Positions 46,039-56,400 of a stretch of DNA of 64,000 bases are shown one piece after another. The notes beneath the pieces are model-generated. The model was not told the DNA's origin. It saw only the letters and a list, made by a program, of their open reading frames with translations, and ran no database searches. The stretch's first letter is position 1. Each line of letters opens with the position of its first letter. Source of the stretch: an uncultured virus (IMG/VR IMGVR_UViG_3300025030_000078) (Duplodnaviria; Heunggongvirae; Uroviricota; Caudoviricetes); the IMG/VR virus record IMGVR_UViG_3300025030_000078, one strand, 5' to 3'. Made by a program: the position numbers and the translations under genes.

Positions 46039-46065
46039 AAAGGTTGATGTGACGCCCTAAAGTGG

Positions 46066-46290
46066 CTTGACCAACGTTTGACCACTAACCTGCGTTGTAG
46101 TGTTTTTCATTGGTCAAGACATTGGTCATTTGACTAATGTTGGTTTATGGCTTGGTTGTCACATCTGTCACGATAGTGGTCACGATAGTGGTCAAATGGT
46201 CAAGGTATACGTTTAGATCATTGGTCATTGGTCATATATATATATATGACCATGATGACCAATGTTCTATGTTACCGATTTGTGACCTGT
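46066..46290. repeat. Origin-like TGACCA/TGGTCA repeat array with central palindrome
   Basis: About 11 hexamers; perfect 24-bp palindrome at 46229-46252. Confidence 0.75.
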
Positions 46291-46343
46291 TTTTATTAGG
46301 GGATTTTATTAGTAAAAAATTTAAGTAAAAAAAAGGAGTTACT

Positions 46344-46583
46344 ATGCAGAACAAAAAAAGATTAGTAGAACTACTGGTTAGGTTGAAGTCGGCTAACAAT
46401 TTTTATAGTCGCGCAAGCGATACCGAAAGGGGTAGAATTTTAGATGCTCTCGAAAGAACTTTCGATGAGTTGGAAACTTTCGGGTATCACAGATCCTTTG
46501 GTGTTTTATGGACTTTATACGGAGACGAGTTTACAAAGTTTGAATTTAAAAGAAGTATGGAGGAATACATCGCTACATTATAA
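46344..46583 (+). CDS. Hypothetical protein
   Basis: AAGGAG RBS. Confidence 0.65.
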   Translation: MQNKKRLVELLVRLKSANNFYSRASDTERGRILDALERTFDELETFGYHRSFGVLWTLYGDEFTKFEFKRSMEEYIATL

Positions 46584-46617
46584 TGTTCGCATTATGATGT
46601 TGTGATAAAATCAACCT

Positions 46618-46944
46618 ATGATAATGGTCGAAGAAGCAAATGTTTATTTTTTAAAGCCTGTCGATGCTCTCGAACCCGACTACGATCCCAAACAAGATTA
46701 CACAGAAGAAGAATTGGAGTTATACCCGGATCTTATATTCGATAATGCTTTAGTTGTGGGTAGTAAGTACGTCATGAACGAAGTAGCTGTTTATATGAAG
46801 CCGGATGATGTTATTTCTACTGTTGGTGTAGCTCCGGACAGGTGCGTAATAATTACGGATTTAACCCGTAACAGGTGTTTGGAGATTATAAAAAAGGGTA
46901 AGGGTATTTACGATCAGAAGTTGAAGGAAGCAATGAAGGCTTAA
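46618..46944 (+). CDS. Hypothetical protein
   Basis: Extended -10 box 6 nt upstream. Confidence 0.65.
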   Translation: MIMVEEANVYFLKPVDALEPDYDPKQDYTEEELELYPDLIFDNALVVGSKYVMNEVAVYMKPDDVISTVGVAPDRCVIITDLTRNRCLEIIKKGKGIYDQKLKEAMKA

Positions 46945-46945
46945 T

Positions 46946-47197
46946 ATGGCTCTTAATGTTAAGAAATTAAAGAAAATAAGAAAGTTTGGAAGATTACGTT
47001 TTACCAACGATCCCCGTTACAAGGAAAAAACCATGTTTGTTATTTATGAGAAGGCTAACGAGGAGAGAAGGAAACTGTTTGATAAAGAGATGGACGATTA
47101 TATCCAAGCTGTTGAGTCCGGAAAGATAAAAGCCGGAGAGTCTTTGTTGAAGATCCCGTTTGTTGAGGACAAGAATCCGGAAACGAAACAAGAATAA
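46946..47197 (+). CDS. Hypothetical protein
   Basis: Coupled ORF. Confidence 0.6.
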   Translation: MALNVKKLKKIRKFGRLRFTNDPRYKEKTMFVIYEKANEERRKLFDKEMDDYIQAVESGKIKAGESLLKIPFVEDKNPETKQE

Positions 47198-47276
47198 TAC
47201 TGGAACGCCCCTCATAAGTAGGACGGATTGGTTTTAGATCTTCGCTTCCGGATTCTTTTTGGTGTAGAATCTGACT

Positions 47277-47852
47277 ATGGCAAAGGAAAAGAAATTAGAT
47301 CTTTCTAAATATCCTAAGAAAAACAATTTACCAAAAGAACCGCAGGAACACAAAAGAGTAGGTAGACCGACAAAGTACAAACCGGAGTTTGCACAGATGT
47401 TGATAGATTTTTTTAGTATTGACCCAACTTATGAAGAAGAGGTCACTTATACGAACAAAAAAGGGGAAACTTGGTCTAAAACAGAGAAGAAACCCAACTT
47501 TTTACCCACGTTCGAACGTTTTGCACACTCTATTGGAGTAAATGACGATACGGTAGTTACTTGGGCGAAGGCTAAAAGGTCTAAAGGAAGCGCTAAATAT
47601 CCAGAGTTTTCCGCCGCATATACGCGTGCGAAGCAGTTACAAAAGGATATTCTCGTACAAAATGCCCTTGCGGGAAGATACAATCCGGCTTACGCCATAT
47701 TTTTATCTAAGAACATTACCGACATGAGGGATAAAGTAGAAGTGCCGGTTGATGACAAAGGTAATCCAGTCCCATTCGTCTCCGGATTTAATTTTGTAAG
47801 ACCTACAGATAATAAAGACGATGGAAAGACCGACAATAACTCCGACAATTAA
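47277..47852 (+). CDS. terS: Terminase small subunit
   Basis: GRPTKYKPE, PTFERFA..IGV, YPEFSAAY and AIFLSKN motifs; precedes TerL. Confidence 0.88.
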   Translation: MAKEKKLDLSKYPKKNNLPKEPQEHKRVGRPTKYKPEFAQMLIDFFSIDPTYEEEVTYTNKKGETWSKTEKKPNFLPTFERFAHSIGVNDDTVVTWAKAKRSKGSAKYPEFSAAYTRAKQLQKDILVQNALAGRYNPAYAIFLSKNITDMRDKVEVPVDDKGNPVPFVSGFNFVRPTDNKDDGKTDNNSDN

Positions 47853-49344
47853 ACCTTCTGTTAAACAATACAAGGCGTATCAAATGCTTTGGAATGATTT
47901 CGTCTCCTTTGTTCTATACGGAGGAGCCGCCGGAGGGGGTAAGTCTTGGCTTGGTTGCGAATGGCTTCTAACTAACTGCTATAACTATCCGGGATCAAGG
48001 TGGTTTATTGGACGTGATGAGTTGAAGCGGTTAATGACAACCTCTTATATTACTTGGCAGAAGGTTTGTAGATGGCACAAGATCCCAGATTCAGATTGGA
48101 AGTTAAACGGTCAATATAACTATATTGAGTTTGTATCCGGAGCCGCTAAAGGATCCCGAATAGATCTTTTGGATTTATCCTATAAGCCTTCAGATCCTTT
48201 GTACGAACGTTTGGGATCCTTAGAGTTTACCGGAGGATGGATAGAAGAAGCGGAAGAGGTAGAGTTTTTGTGTTTTGATATTTTAAAAACCAGAGTTGGT
48301 AGGTTTATGAACACCGAGTTTGGACTGTTTCCGGCTAAAATGCTTCTTACTTGTAATCCTACAGACGGTTGGTTGTATCGAATATTTTACAAACCCTTCA
48401 AAGAAAATACACTCCCGCAGGATCATGCCTTTATTAAGGCTTTGTATAGCGATAATCCGCACACTAAAGAAGAATACGGAAAACAACTGGACAAGATTTC
48501 AGATCCTCTTGCGAGGGCAAGGCTTAGAGATGGGTTATGGGAATACGCCGGAGGAACTCTTTCGATTATTAACCTTGATGCAATTATTGATATTTTCACC
48601 AACCCTATTGCAACCGGCGATATGCAGGGAAGAATGACCGCAGACATAGCGCGTTTTGGAGGGGACAAAATGGTTGCCGGGTGTTGGAGAGGTCTTGATC
48701 TTTACCGGATTGTGGAAAAAGAAAAGCAAGGATTAAACAAAACTTGTGAGGATTTACGAAGCCTTTCAGTTAAGAATCAGATCCCGTACTCTTCCATAGT
48801 TGTAGACGAAGATGGTGTTGGTGGGGGTGTTGTGGATCATATGGAAGGGATTCACGGCTTCATGGGTGGGAGATCCCCGATTCTAAAACCGGATGAAGAT
48901 GTTGATAATATCGAAAAAAGATATCAGAACTTGCCCTCTACTTATTTGAAAAGACAGAATTACAAGAATCTTAGGTCACAATGTTATTTTCTAGCCGGAG
49001 AGTTGATAAACAACAGGCAAATGTCTATAAGCGCCGAAGACTTAACAGAGGTACAGAAACAAACTATTATCGAGGAGTTGCAACAGGTAAAGCGCGAGGA
49101 TACTTCGGCTTCCGCCCCACTTCAGATAGTGCCAAAAGAGAGGATGAAGGAAGCTCTTGGTCATTCCCCGGACTTTGCAGATATGATTATGATGCGAATG
49201 TATTTCGAACTTTTGAAAGAATCTCCTCCGGAGGGCGTGTATAATGAACCGGACGAAGAGGTTTTGCGAGAACTTGGTATTGAAAACAAATTCGGTGGTA
49301 CTGAAGGTTATGGTATAGAGAGTTTTGGATTGAAAGCAAATTAA
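47821..49344 (+). CDS. terL: Terminase large subunit
   Basis: YGGAAGGGKS, WIEEAEE, LTCNP, DNP, DIARFGGD and SPDFAD motifs. Confidence 0.95.
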   Translation: MERPTITPTIKPSVKQYKAYQMLWNDFVSFVLYGGAAGGGKSWLGCEWLLTNCYNYPGSRWFIGRDELKRLMTTSYITWQKVCRWHKIPDSDWKLNGQYNYIEFVSGAAKGSRIDLLDLSYKPSDPLYERLGSLEFTGGWIEEAEEVEFLCFDILKTRVGRFMNTEFGLFPAKMLLTCNPTDGWLYRIFYKPFKENTLPQDHAFIKALYSDNPHTKEEYGKQLDKISDPLARARLRDGLWEYAGGTLSIINLDAIIDIFTNPIATGDMQGRMTADIARFGGDKMVAGCWRGLDLYRIVEKEKQGLNKTCEDLRSLSVKNQIPYSSIVVDEDGVGGGVVDHMEGIHGFMGGRSPILKPDEDVDNIEKRYQNLPSTYLKRQNYKNLRSQCYFLAGELINNRQMSISAEDLTEVQKQTIIEELQQVKREDTSASAPLQIVPKERMKEALGHSPDFADMIMMRMYFELLKESPPEGVYNEPDEEVLRELGIENKFGGTEGYGIESFGLKAN

Positions 49345-49363
49345 AAAAGGTTATACTTAATTT

Positions 49364-51139
49364 ATGGATGAACAAACAACCACAGTAGAAATAACAGATG
49401 CGGATGTTTTAGTCTTACAGCAAGAAGAAAAAAGTGCGTTAGAGTACAGAGAAAGAAAACACGATGACTGGACGGAGAATTACACTTTATACAGAGATAA
49501 AGTTATTACGAATCGCTTAACACAAAGACAGACTGTAAATGTTCCTCTAATGAAATATGTTTTAAATACGCTTCTAAAAGAGATGATGGATGCTCCGCAA
49601 CTCTATTTTAGTAATCTTAGTAACGATCAGCAAAAAGAAATCTACTATAACGAATATTGGAAAGAAACCTTCAAAATAAACAAACTGGTCATCAAAGACC
49701 ATATAGATAAAAAACAAAATGCTTTGTTTGGTAGGGCTTTTAAAAAACTTAACATAGAAAACGGCAAGGTAAAGATTAGTCTTGTAGATCCTCAATGTAT
49801 GTTGGTTCACAGATACGTCGATCCTTCCGATATTGATTCCTCTCCGGCGTTAATTGAAACCGATATCTTTGTGACTTTGGACGATATCTTGGAAAATGAA
49901 GAATACTTGGAAGAAGGTAAAAATCAAGTAAAGATGTATTTCTCCGAGGAAGCCGGAAGATTAGAGTCCGAAGAGAATTTTGACAAGGCTTCGGAGAAGA
50001 CGGATAGATTAAAGAGTATTGGAGATGAAACCGTAGAAGATCCTTTGCTTGGAGAAACCTATGTGGAACTTCACGAAGCATACAGGTTTGAATGGAACGA
50101 TAAAAAGGATCAAAGGGTCATAATGAGATACGTTCTTGCTGTAACGAAATCAGGAACCTTCAAACTTCATAAAGCACTTCTATCAGATGTTATAGGTAAA
50201 ACTTCAGATAATTTTTGGGATACTCACTTTCCTTACACTTCTTGGGCTTCAGATCCTGAAGCTACAGATTTTTGGAGCGATGGTGTTGCAGATATTATTA
50301 GAGCCATTAACAAAATTCTCAATGTTTGGTTTAGTCAGTTGGTAGAAAACAGAACTTTGCAGAACTTTGGAATGAAATACTACGATTCTACAGATAAGAA
50401 GTTTGTACCACAGACATTCGCTCCGCAACCGTTTGCACATCTTCCAGTACCCGGAGATCCGAATAAGATCATCAAAGACGTTATTACAGGTAATTTATCC
50501 GGAACACTAGAAGAAATGACGTTCTTGATAACCCTTGCGGAAAAGGCTACCGCCGCAACTTCCGCTAATTCCGGGGCTATTGAGCCGAAGAAAGTAACTT
50601 TAGGGGAAGTGGAATATGCTTTAGCGAACGCACAAAAAAGAATAATGATTCAACAGGTGTTTTATACAGAGGATTGGAAAGATCTTGGTACTAAATATTC
50701 CAAATTCCTTGAAGCCGCCGGGGATCAGTTAGACGATTTAACAGTTTATAAAAAAGGAAGAATGGGAAAGAAGACATATAAAAAACTTATCAAACTTGGA
50801 GATTGGAGCGACGACGAAGGCTACGCTTGTGAGGTCAAGACCATTTCGGATCAACAGGATCAGGACATAGAAGAGCTTCAGAAATTGGAGATTTTAAAGA
50901 ATGAGATGCCCGATAATGTTCCTTTGGTTTCTATTCGAAGGCGTAAGATGATGGAGTTCTCCGGTCTATCTCCGGATGATATTAGTCAGGTGGAGGAGTT
51001 CGAAAGACAAAGGACTGCAACTCCGCTTGCGCCCGTTGAAGAAGTACCTTCTGAAGTTGCGGTAAATGCCGGCAATACCGGAGCCGGAAACGCTACTCCG
51101 GGAATCCCGGAAGTTCCGGACATTGCCCCTAAAGTTTGA
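49364..51139 (+). CDS. Portal protein
   Basis: 591 aa, after TerL; HFPY..W..DP...FWSDG motif. Confidence 0.85.
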   Translation: MDEQTTTVEITDADVLVLQQEEKSALEYRERKHDDWTENYTLYRDKVITNRLTQRQTVNVPLMKYVLNTLLKEMMDAPQLYFSNLSNDQQKEIYYNEYWKETFKINKLVIKDHIDKKQNALFGRAFKKLNIENGKVKISLVDPQCMLVHRYVDPSDIDSSPALIETDIFVTLDDILENEEYLEEGKNQVKMYFSEEAGRLESEENFDKASEKTDRLKSIGDETVEDPLLGETYVELHEAYRFEWNDKKDQRVIMRYVLAVTKSGTFKLHKALLSDVIGKTSDNFWDTHFPYTSWASDPEATDFWSDGVADIIRAINKILNVWFSQLVENRTLQNFGMKYYDSTDKKFVPQTFAPQPFAHLPVPGDPNKIIKDVITGNLSGTLEEMTFLITLAEKATAATSANSGAIEPKKVTLGEVEYALANAQKRIMIQQVFYTEDWKDLGTKYSKFLEAAGDQLDDLTVYKKGRMGKKTYKKLIKLGDWSDDEGYACEVKTISDQQDQDIEELQKLEILKNEMPDNVPLVSIRRRKMMEFSGLSPDDISQVEEFERQRTATPLAPVEEVPSEVAVNAGNTGAGNATPGIPEVPDIAPKV

Positions 51140-51153
51140 TAGAATAAAAAAAC

Positions 51154-51474
51154 ATGATGAATCCTTACGACAAGGTATTAGAACAAAAAGGTTTAAAGTA
51201 CGAAGAACTAACTCCGGAAGAGAAGGAACTTTATCAGAGAGCTTCTAAAGGTGTTAAGGCTGTAACAGTCGAAGATTTAAAGGATCACTTGGAGGAAATG
51301 CTTTACACAATGACTATGGAACTTTGCGATACTCCGGATACCCCTGATCTACAAGATAAAAATAATAAACTAAAAGCTAGAGTAAAGAATTACCTTTTGT
51401 TGAGGGCTTTTATCGAGGTTCCGGATAAAGTGGCTAGAGCTATTCAGAGGGAAATAGAGGAAACGCAACAATGA
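51154..51474 (+). CDS. Hypothetical head-module protein
   Basis: ORF after the portal gene. Confidence 0.65.
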   Translation: MMNPYDKVLEQKGLKYEELTPEEKELYQRASKGVKAVTVEDLKDHLEEMLYTMTMELCDTPDTPDLQDKNNKLKARVKNYLLLRAFIEVPDKVARAIQREIEETQQ

Positions 51475-51591
51475 GAAATTTCTTGTCAGAAATTGGAAGA
51501 TACGGATTTAGAATTGCTTTGAACAATTTACTACTTTCGTGGGTAATGAATTTTATAGGAGCGAAAAGTTTTCGTGTAGGATACAAAAAAA

Positions 51592-51831
51592 ATGCCATAC
51601 ACAATTAAAAAATCTAAAAGTAAAAAGGACGATAGACCGTATAAAATTGTTAATACCCAAACGGGTAAAGTTGTAGGTTCTTCCAAAACTAAAAAGAAAG
51701 CAGTAGGTAGTATGATGCACAGGGAGGACGCTATGATGAAGAAAGAAGGTTCTATGAAAAAAGAAATGAGTAAAAAGACAGTAAAGAAAACCGTAAAAAC
51801 TTCTGTTAAGAAAGGCGCGAAAAAGAAGTAA
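51592..51831 (+). CDS. Small Lys-rich protein
   Basis: MPYTIKK...TGKVVG.SKTKKKA pattern. Confidence 0.6.
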   Translation: MPYTIKKSKSKKDDRPYKIVNTQTGKVVGSSKTKKKAVGSMMHREDAMMKKEGSMKKEMSKKTVKKTVKTSVKKGAKKK

Positions 51832-51869
51832 ACTTGACAAAGTAAGCTTCTTTGACCATAATTTTTAAT

Positions 51870-52259
51870 ATGTCAGAAAAAACATTAAATCCCGCAACAT
51901 TAAATGATTCCGCTAGAGATTACCTAGAAGAGATATTAGCTAAAGATCTTAACTCCCTAACTGTTTACGATATTGGTTTTTTGAAAGCTAGAGTAGCTTA
52001 TCTTACCGCCGATCAAAGAGAATTCTTTTCAGATGCCCTAAAAGGCAAAATCAAAGGTATTGATTTTGTAGAAGAGGACGAAGAAGAAGTTGCTCCTAAA
52101 AAAGTTAGAGAAGTTAAAGTGGATGAGGACGGAAAAAAAATTATAGATCCTAATGATTACGATCAAAAAACCTTGATCCAAATGTGTAAGGATGCAGATC
52201 TAAAATTCGATCCCAAAATGAATAAACAGCAATTAGCTGATTTATTGAATGAAAGATAG
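51870..52259 (+). CDS. Hypothetical protein with C-terminal HeH/Rho-N-like motif
   Basis: TTGACA-17-CATAAT promoter points to ATG 51870; ends KMNKQQLADLL. Confidence 0.6.
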   Translation: MSEKTLNPATLNDSARDYLEEILAKDLNSLTVYDIGFLKARVAYLTADQREFFSDALKGKIKGIDFVEEDEEEVAPKKVREVKVDEDGKKIIDPNDYDQKTLIQMCKDADLKFDPKMNKQQLADLLNER

Positions 52260-52321
52260 TTTAAAAAGCAAATAAGAATTGCTACTAACCCCGAAATTAT
52301 CGGGACTGTTTAAGGCAAAAC

Positions 52322-53224
52322 ATGACGACAAAACCTATTACAAACCAAAGAACAAAAAAAGAAATACGCGAGGAAGTCGCTAAAATCGACAAGGAAGTTC
52401 CAGAAACAAAAAAATTCGTAGAAATAATGACTGCCGAAGAGCAGAAAAAAGAGATTGAGGAAAATCCCGAAGTAACGGAAGAAGAAACCGAAACCCCAGA
52501 AAACGAAGAAGAAATAGAGATTCCGGAAGAAGAAACTCCGGAGACTGAAGAAGAGTCGGAAGAGGAAGAGCCGGAAACTCCGGAGACACCACAAGCCCCA
52601 CAACCTAAAAAAGAATTACCTCCTATTGAAGACCGCTATCGCGAAGCCGGACAGGAAGCGATGATTCTTAATTCCAAAAATAAAAAGTTTTTAGAAACTG
52701 TAGAGGAAGCGGAGAACATTCCGGATCCTACCATCGACGAACTAAAAGAGTATGCAAAACAAATGGGATCAGAATACGACGATCTTGACGTTTTTGCACA
52801 GAATGTTCTAAAAGAGAATCTCCTAAATAAGAAAAGGTTTGGGAAGATTAGCGGACTCGTAGCCGAGGAAAAACAAGTAGCGAAGTGGGTAGGTAAAGTC
52901 GAAAGTTTCTTAACAGACGAAACAACAATCCAAAAGTACCCTGCTTTATCAGGACTTACGGATGAATTTATAAAATACGCTACTAAGAAAAATCATATAA
53001 ATGCGGATCTTGACTTGTTAGTTGCCGGATTTATGTGGAAGCAACCAAACAAGCCCGTTAAAAGATCTGTTCTTTTACCAAGAAGTAGGGGCGGAGCCGG
53101 AGCGCCAATCGTTCCTGTATCAACCGATCTTACCGAAGATGATGCGATGGTGTACAGAAAAAAGGGCGATTTCAAAAAATATAAACAGCTAATAAGACAG
53201 AAGAAAATAAAGACCACAATCTAA
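52322..53224 (+). CDS. Scaffolding protein
   Basis: Glu/Pro-rich N-terminus; precedes the capsid gene. Confidence 0.75.
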   Translation: MTTKPITNQRTKKEIREEVAKIDKEVPETKKFVEIMTAEEQKKEIEENPEVTEEETETPENEEEIEIPEEETPETEEESEEEEPETPETPQAPQPKKELPPIEDRYREAGQEAMILNSKNKKFLETVEEAENIPDPTIDELKEYAKQMGSEYDDLDVFAQNVLKENLLNKKRFGKISGLVAEEKQVAKWVGKVESFLTDETTIQKYPALSGLTDEFIKYATKKNHINADLDLLVAGFMWKQPNKPVKRSVLLPRSRGGAGAPIVPVSTDLTEDDAMVYRKKGDFKKYKQLIRQKKIKTTI

Positions 53225-53357
53225 ATTCCATCCCTCTTGACATTTATCCGGAAAGAACTCAAAATGTAAATGTAGAGTTTAAAAACGCTAACCCCAATCA
53301 TAATCGGGACTGCTTACTCCATGTAATAATTTCGTTTCTACGAAAGGAAAACCGATT

Positions 53358-54455
53358 ATGAACACTTATCCTACAAAGCTAGTCGAAGCCTTCGCCTTAC
53401 AGGCACTTGAAGTCTTCTATATGATGTCCGTATCCGAAGGGATTACGAACAACGATTACGAAGGTTTGATTGAAAACAAATCTTCTAAAGTAAATATTTT
53501 AACCTTTGGTGCTATTTCAACGCACAATTACACAGGCGCCGATATGTCGGCGGATGATCTAACAGAGAGCAATGCTCAACTTGTTACTGATCAGGCTAAA
53601 TATGTGTACTTTACTGTTAAGACTTGGGACAAGTTCCGATCTTACATTAAAGATCCCGAAAATCCTGTTGCTAAACAGGTTGCTTCCGAAATTAAGAAAG
53701 TTATCGACGTCTATGTACTTGGTTTCTATGGGGATGCCGCGTCAGGAAACTGGCTTGGTACTTCATACACAACCGGTACTGTTACAGTTGATGTAACAAC
53801 TGGTTTAGTTACCGGATCCGGTACAACCTTCGCTTCTTCAATGGTTGGAAAACCATTTAAAGCTTTGGGACATACTGATTGGTATAGAATCAAGACCTTT
53901 ACTAACACGACCTCTATGGTTATTGAAGATGATAGCGATGACCTAACAAGTGCATATACCGGAGGTGCTATCGCCGGAGGTGCTACATACGAGATTCAAG
54001 GTAATACTGCAAAACAAGTTACCAAGTCCACAATCTTTGCAGAGTTTATCGAAATGCAGACTGTTCTAACAAACCAAGAAGTTCCAGAGGAAGATAGATG
54101 GGCGGTTGTTCCTGCTAAGTTAGCCGCTTTGATTCGTCAAGCTCCGGAATATGTAGGTGAAGCTGCAAGTGAAGGCGGACGAGAAGCTGTAATGAATGGC
54201 GCTCTTCCTAAGAGATTCGCAGGATTTACAGTTTACGAAGTCTCCGATGCTCGTATAAGTGGAGATTCCACTAATGGGTATCACGTTATGGCAGGACACA
54301 AATCCGCTATAACCTTCGCAATGGGCTTGACCGAAAATGGAGTAGAAGATGCTATCGGTAACTTCGGAAAGAGAGTTAAACAACTCTATGTGTACGGAGC
54401 TAAAGTAGCAGACGAGAGACGCAAGGCATTGGTACACGCTCTTTGGAAGCTCTAA
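53358..54455 (+). CDS. Major capsid protein (P22-coat-like) with an inserted beta-rich domain
   Basis: TNNDYEG, DQAKY, VPEEDRWAVV, AGF.VYE, GHKSAITFA and YVYGAKV motifs. Confidence 0.88.
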   Translation: MNTYPTKLVEAFALQALEVFYMMSVSEGITNNDYEGLIENKSSKVNILTFGAISTHNYTGADMSADDLTESNAQLVTDQAKYVYFTVKTWDKFRSYIKDPENPVAKQVASEIKKVIDVYVLGFYGDAASGNWLGTSYTTGTVTVDVTTGLVTGSGTTFASSMVGKPFKALGHTDWYRIKTFTNTTSMVIEDDSDDLTSAYTGGAIAGGATYEIQGNTAKQVTKSTIFAEFIEMQTVLTNQEVPEEDRWAVVPAKLAALIRQAPEYVGEAASEGGREAVMNGALPKRFAGFTVYEVSDARISGDSTNGYHVMAGHKSAITFAMGLTENGVEDAIGNFGKRVKQLYVYGAKVADERRKALVHALWKL

Positions 54456-54473
54456 AGTAAGCTAGATTTTTAA

Positions 54474-54497
54474 CCCGGATCCCTTCGGGGATCCGGG
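54474..54497 (+). terminator. cUUCGg tetraloop hairpin after the capsid gene, no U-tract
   Basis: CCCGGATCCC-TTCG-GGGATCCGGG. Confidence 0.6.
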
Positions 54498-54519
54498 AAG
54501 CCGAAGGAATAAAAAAATT

Positions 54520-55446
54520 ATGGGTGCATTTAAACTAAAAACACAATTACCTAGAACAACGCAAGATGAAATTGATAGAATCCAAGCTATTGCTACTGGA
54601 TTAAGAAACACCACAGAAACAAATTTCCTTACAGCTTTGCGCGACTACCTCTATAATGAGGTTATATTAGAAGATAGTGCGGACAGAATCGTTATTGCCG
54701 CTGGAATAACCGTACCTACGGGAGATTCGGGCTTCAAAAAGGGTGCTGTCTTTATTAAGAAAGATGCTTCGGATGATGGTAGATACTACAATTCCGGAAA
54801 TGAAATTGTTTCTGTTTGGGGAGCAACTGGTAGTCCGTCTCCAAGTGCATCATCGTCACCAAGCGCTTCCGCGTCGGTCTCGGTATCTCCAAGCGACTCT
54901 CCTTCAGCTTCAGCATCGCTGTCGCCATCAGCTTCAGAAAGTCGCTCTTCTTCAGCCTCGCCATCACCAAGTGCTTCAGAGAGTCGATCTTCTTCGGCTT
55001 CAGCATCGCCTTCCGCTTCGGTGTCACCAAGCGTTTCTCCTTCAGTATCGAAATCACCATCGCCAAGTGCTTCTGTATCACCAAGCGCCTCGAATTCGCC
55101 ATCACCAAGTCCTTCAGCTTCGAACAGTCCGTCTCCTTCATTATCGGTAAGTCCTTCCGCTTCGGTGTCACCAAGTGCTTCCGGAAGTCCGTCAGCTTCG
55201 GCATCGTTATCACCAAGCCCTTCAGCTTCGGTAAGTCTTTCGGTGTCGCCAAGTTCTTCGGAAAGCGCTTCCGCATCTCCAAGCGCATCGGTGTCACCTT
55301 CAGCTTCAGTATCTCCGAGCGGATCAGAATCACCTTCACCTTCACCAAGCGCTTCGTTATCGCCGAGCGCTTCTGCTTCATCTTCAGTTAGCGTCAGCGC
55401 GTCACCTTCGGTATCGCCAAGCGCTTCTGCTTCTCCAAGTGTATAA
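54520..55446 (+). CDS. Putative capsid decoration protein with a mucin-like Ser/Pro tail of about 200 aa
   Basis: Globular N-terminal ~100 aa followed by SPSxSx repeats; directly after the capsid gene. Confidence 0.85.
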   Translation: MGAFKLKTQLPRTTQDEIDRIQAIATGLRNTTETNFLTALRDYLYNEVILEDSADRIVIAAGITVPTGDSGFKKGAVFIKKDASDDGRYYNSGNEIVSVWGATGSPSPSASSSPSASASVSVSPSDSPSASASLSPSASESRSSSASPSPSASESRSSSASASPSASVSPSVSPSVSKSPSPSASVSPSASNSPSPSPSASNSPSPSLSVSPSASVSPSASGSPSASASLSPSPSASVSLSVSPSSSESASASPSASVSPSASVSPSGSESPSPSPSASLSPSASASSSVSVSASPSVSPSASASPSV

Positions 55447-55506
55447 TAGGTCATTCGTTTGACTAAAAAGGTGTATTTAATGTTCAGATAGTGCTATTAT
55501 CATTCC

Positions 55507-56400
55507 ATGATAAAAAATAAAGTTTCTGTCGTAATACCCTCCCGAAACGAACAATTTCTCTCAAACACAATCAAAGATCTTTTAAAAAATGCTAGAGGTG
55601 ATATAGAAATTATCGCTGTACTCGATGGTTATTGGGAAAAACCGGATAAAATAGTCGAGGACAATCGTGTTATTTATTTACACAAAGGGGAGTCCGAAGG
55701 CATGAGAGCCGGGATAAATTCCGCAGTAGCCGTTTCTACCGGAGAATTCATTATTAAAGTAGACGGGCATTGTATGTTTGGAGAAGGTTTCGATGAGATT
55801 TTAAAAAAAGATTGCGCGGAAGATTGGGTCGTTGTTCCTACTAGAAAAAGACTTGATGCGGAGAACTGGTGTATTCAAGATGTTGGAAAACCGGATATAG
55901 ACTATATGTTTTTATCCTTTCCTAATGATCCGGCGGACTTTGGCGGAGCCGGTCTAAACGGTAAAGTTTGGGAAGAAAAAAACAGGGATCCGGAATTAAA
56001 GAACAAGAAGATTGATGATTTAATGTCCTCGCAAGGTTCAATGTGGTTTATGCGTAGAAGTTATTTTGATTTCTTGGAACTAATGGACGAAGAAAACTAC
56101 GGTACTTTTTGGAATGAATTTCAAGAGATTGGTTTAAAAGCGTGGTTATCAGGCGGAAGAGTTGTTGTTAATAAAAACACTTGGTACGCACATCTTCATA
56201 AAGGTAAGAAATACGGAAGAGGATACTTCTTAGCGGAAAAGGAACTGATAAAAGGTAGGAATTATACTAACAAATGGATAAACGAAAAGGTTTGGCACAA
56301 ACAGAAATATAACTTAGCTTGGCTAGTAGAAAAATTTTATCCGGTTCCAACATGGTCGGAAGATAGGAGTTTATGGGTAGGCAATTACAAAATAGATTAG
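55507..56400 (+). CDS. GT-A glycosyltransferase, GT2/GT27-like
   Basis: VSVVIPSRNE, KVDGHC and EIGLKAWLSGG...YAHLHK motifs. Confidence 0.9.
   Translation: MIKNKVSVVIPSRNEQFLSNTIKDLLKNARGDIEIIAVLDGYWEKPDKIVEDNRVIYLHKGESEGMRAGINSAVAVSTGEFIIKVDGHCMFGEGFDEILKKDCAEDWVVVPTRKRLDAENWCIQDVGKPDIDYMFLSFPNDPADFGGAGLNGKVWEEKNRDPELKNKKIDDLMSSQGSMWFMRRSYFDFLELMDEENYGTFWNEFQEIGLKAWLSGGRVVVNKNTWYAHLHKGKKYGRGYFLAEKELIKGRNYTNKWINEKVWHKQKYNLAWLVEKFYPVPTWSEDRSLWVGNYKID

Noticed and set aside
46066..46290. Possible CRISPR or mini-array, and ORF 46137..46328
   Set aside because: The repeats are 6-12 bp in both orientations without regular unique spacers; the ORF is a by-product of the repeats.
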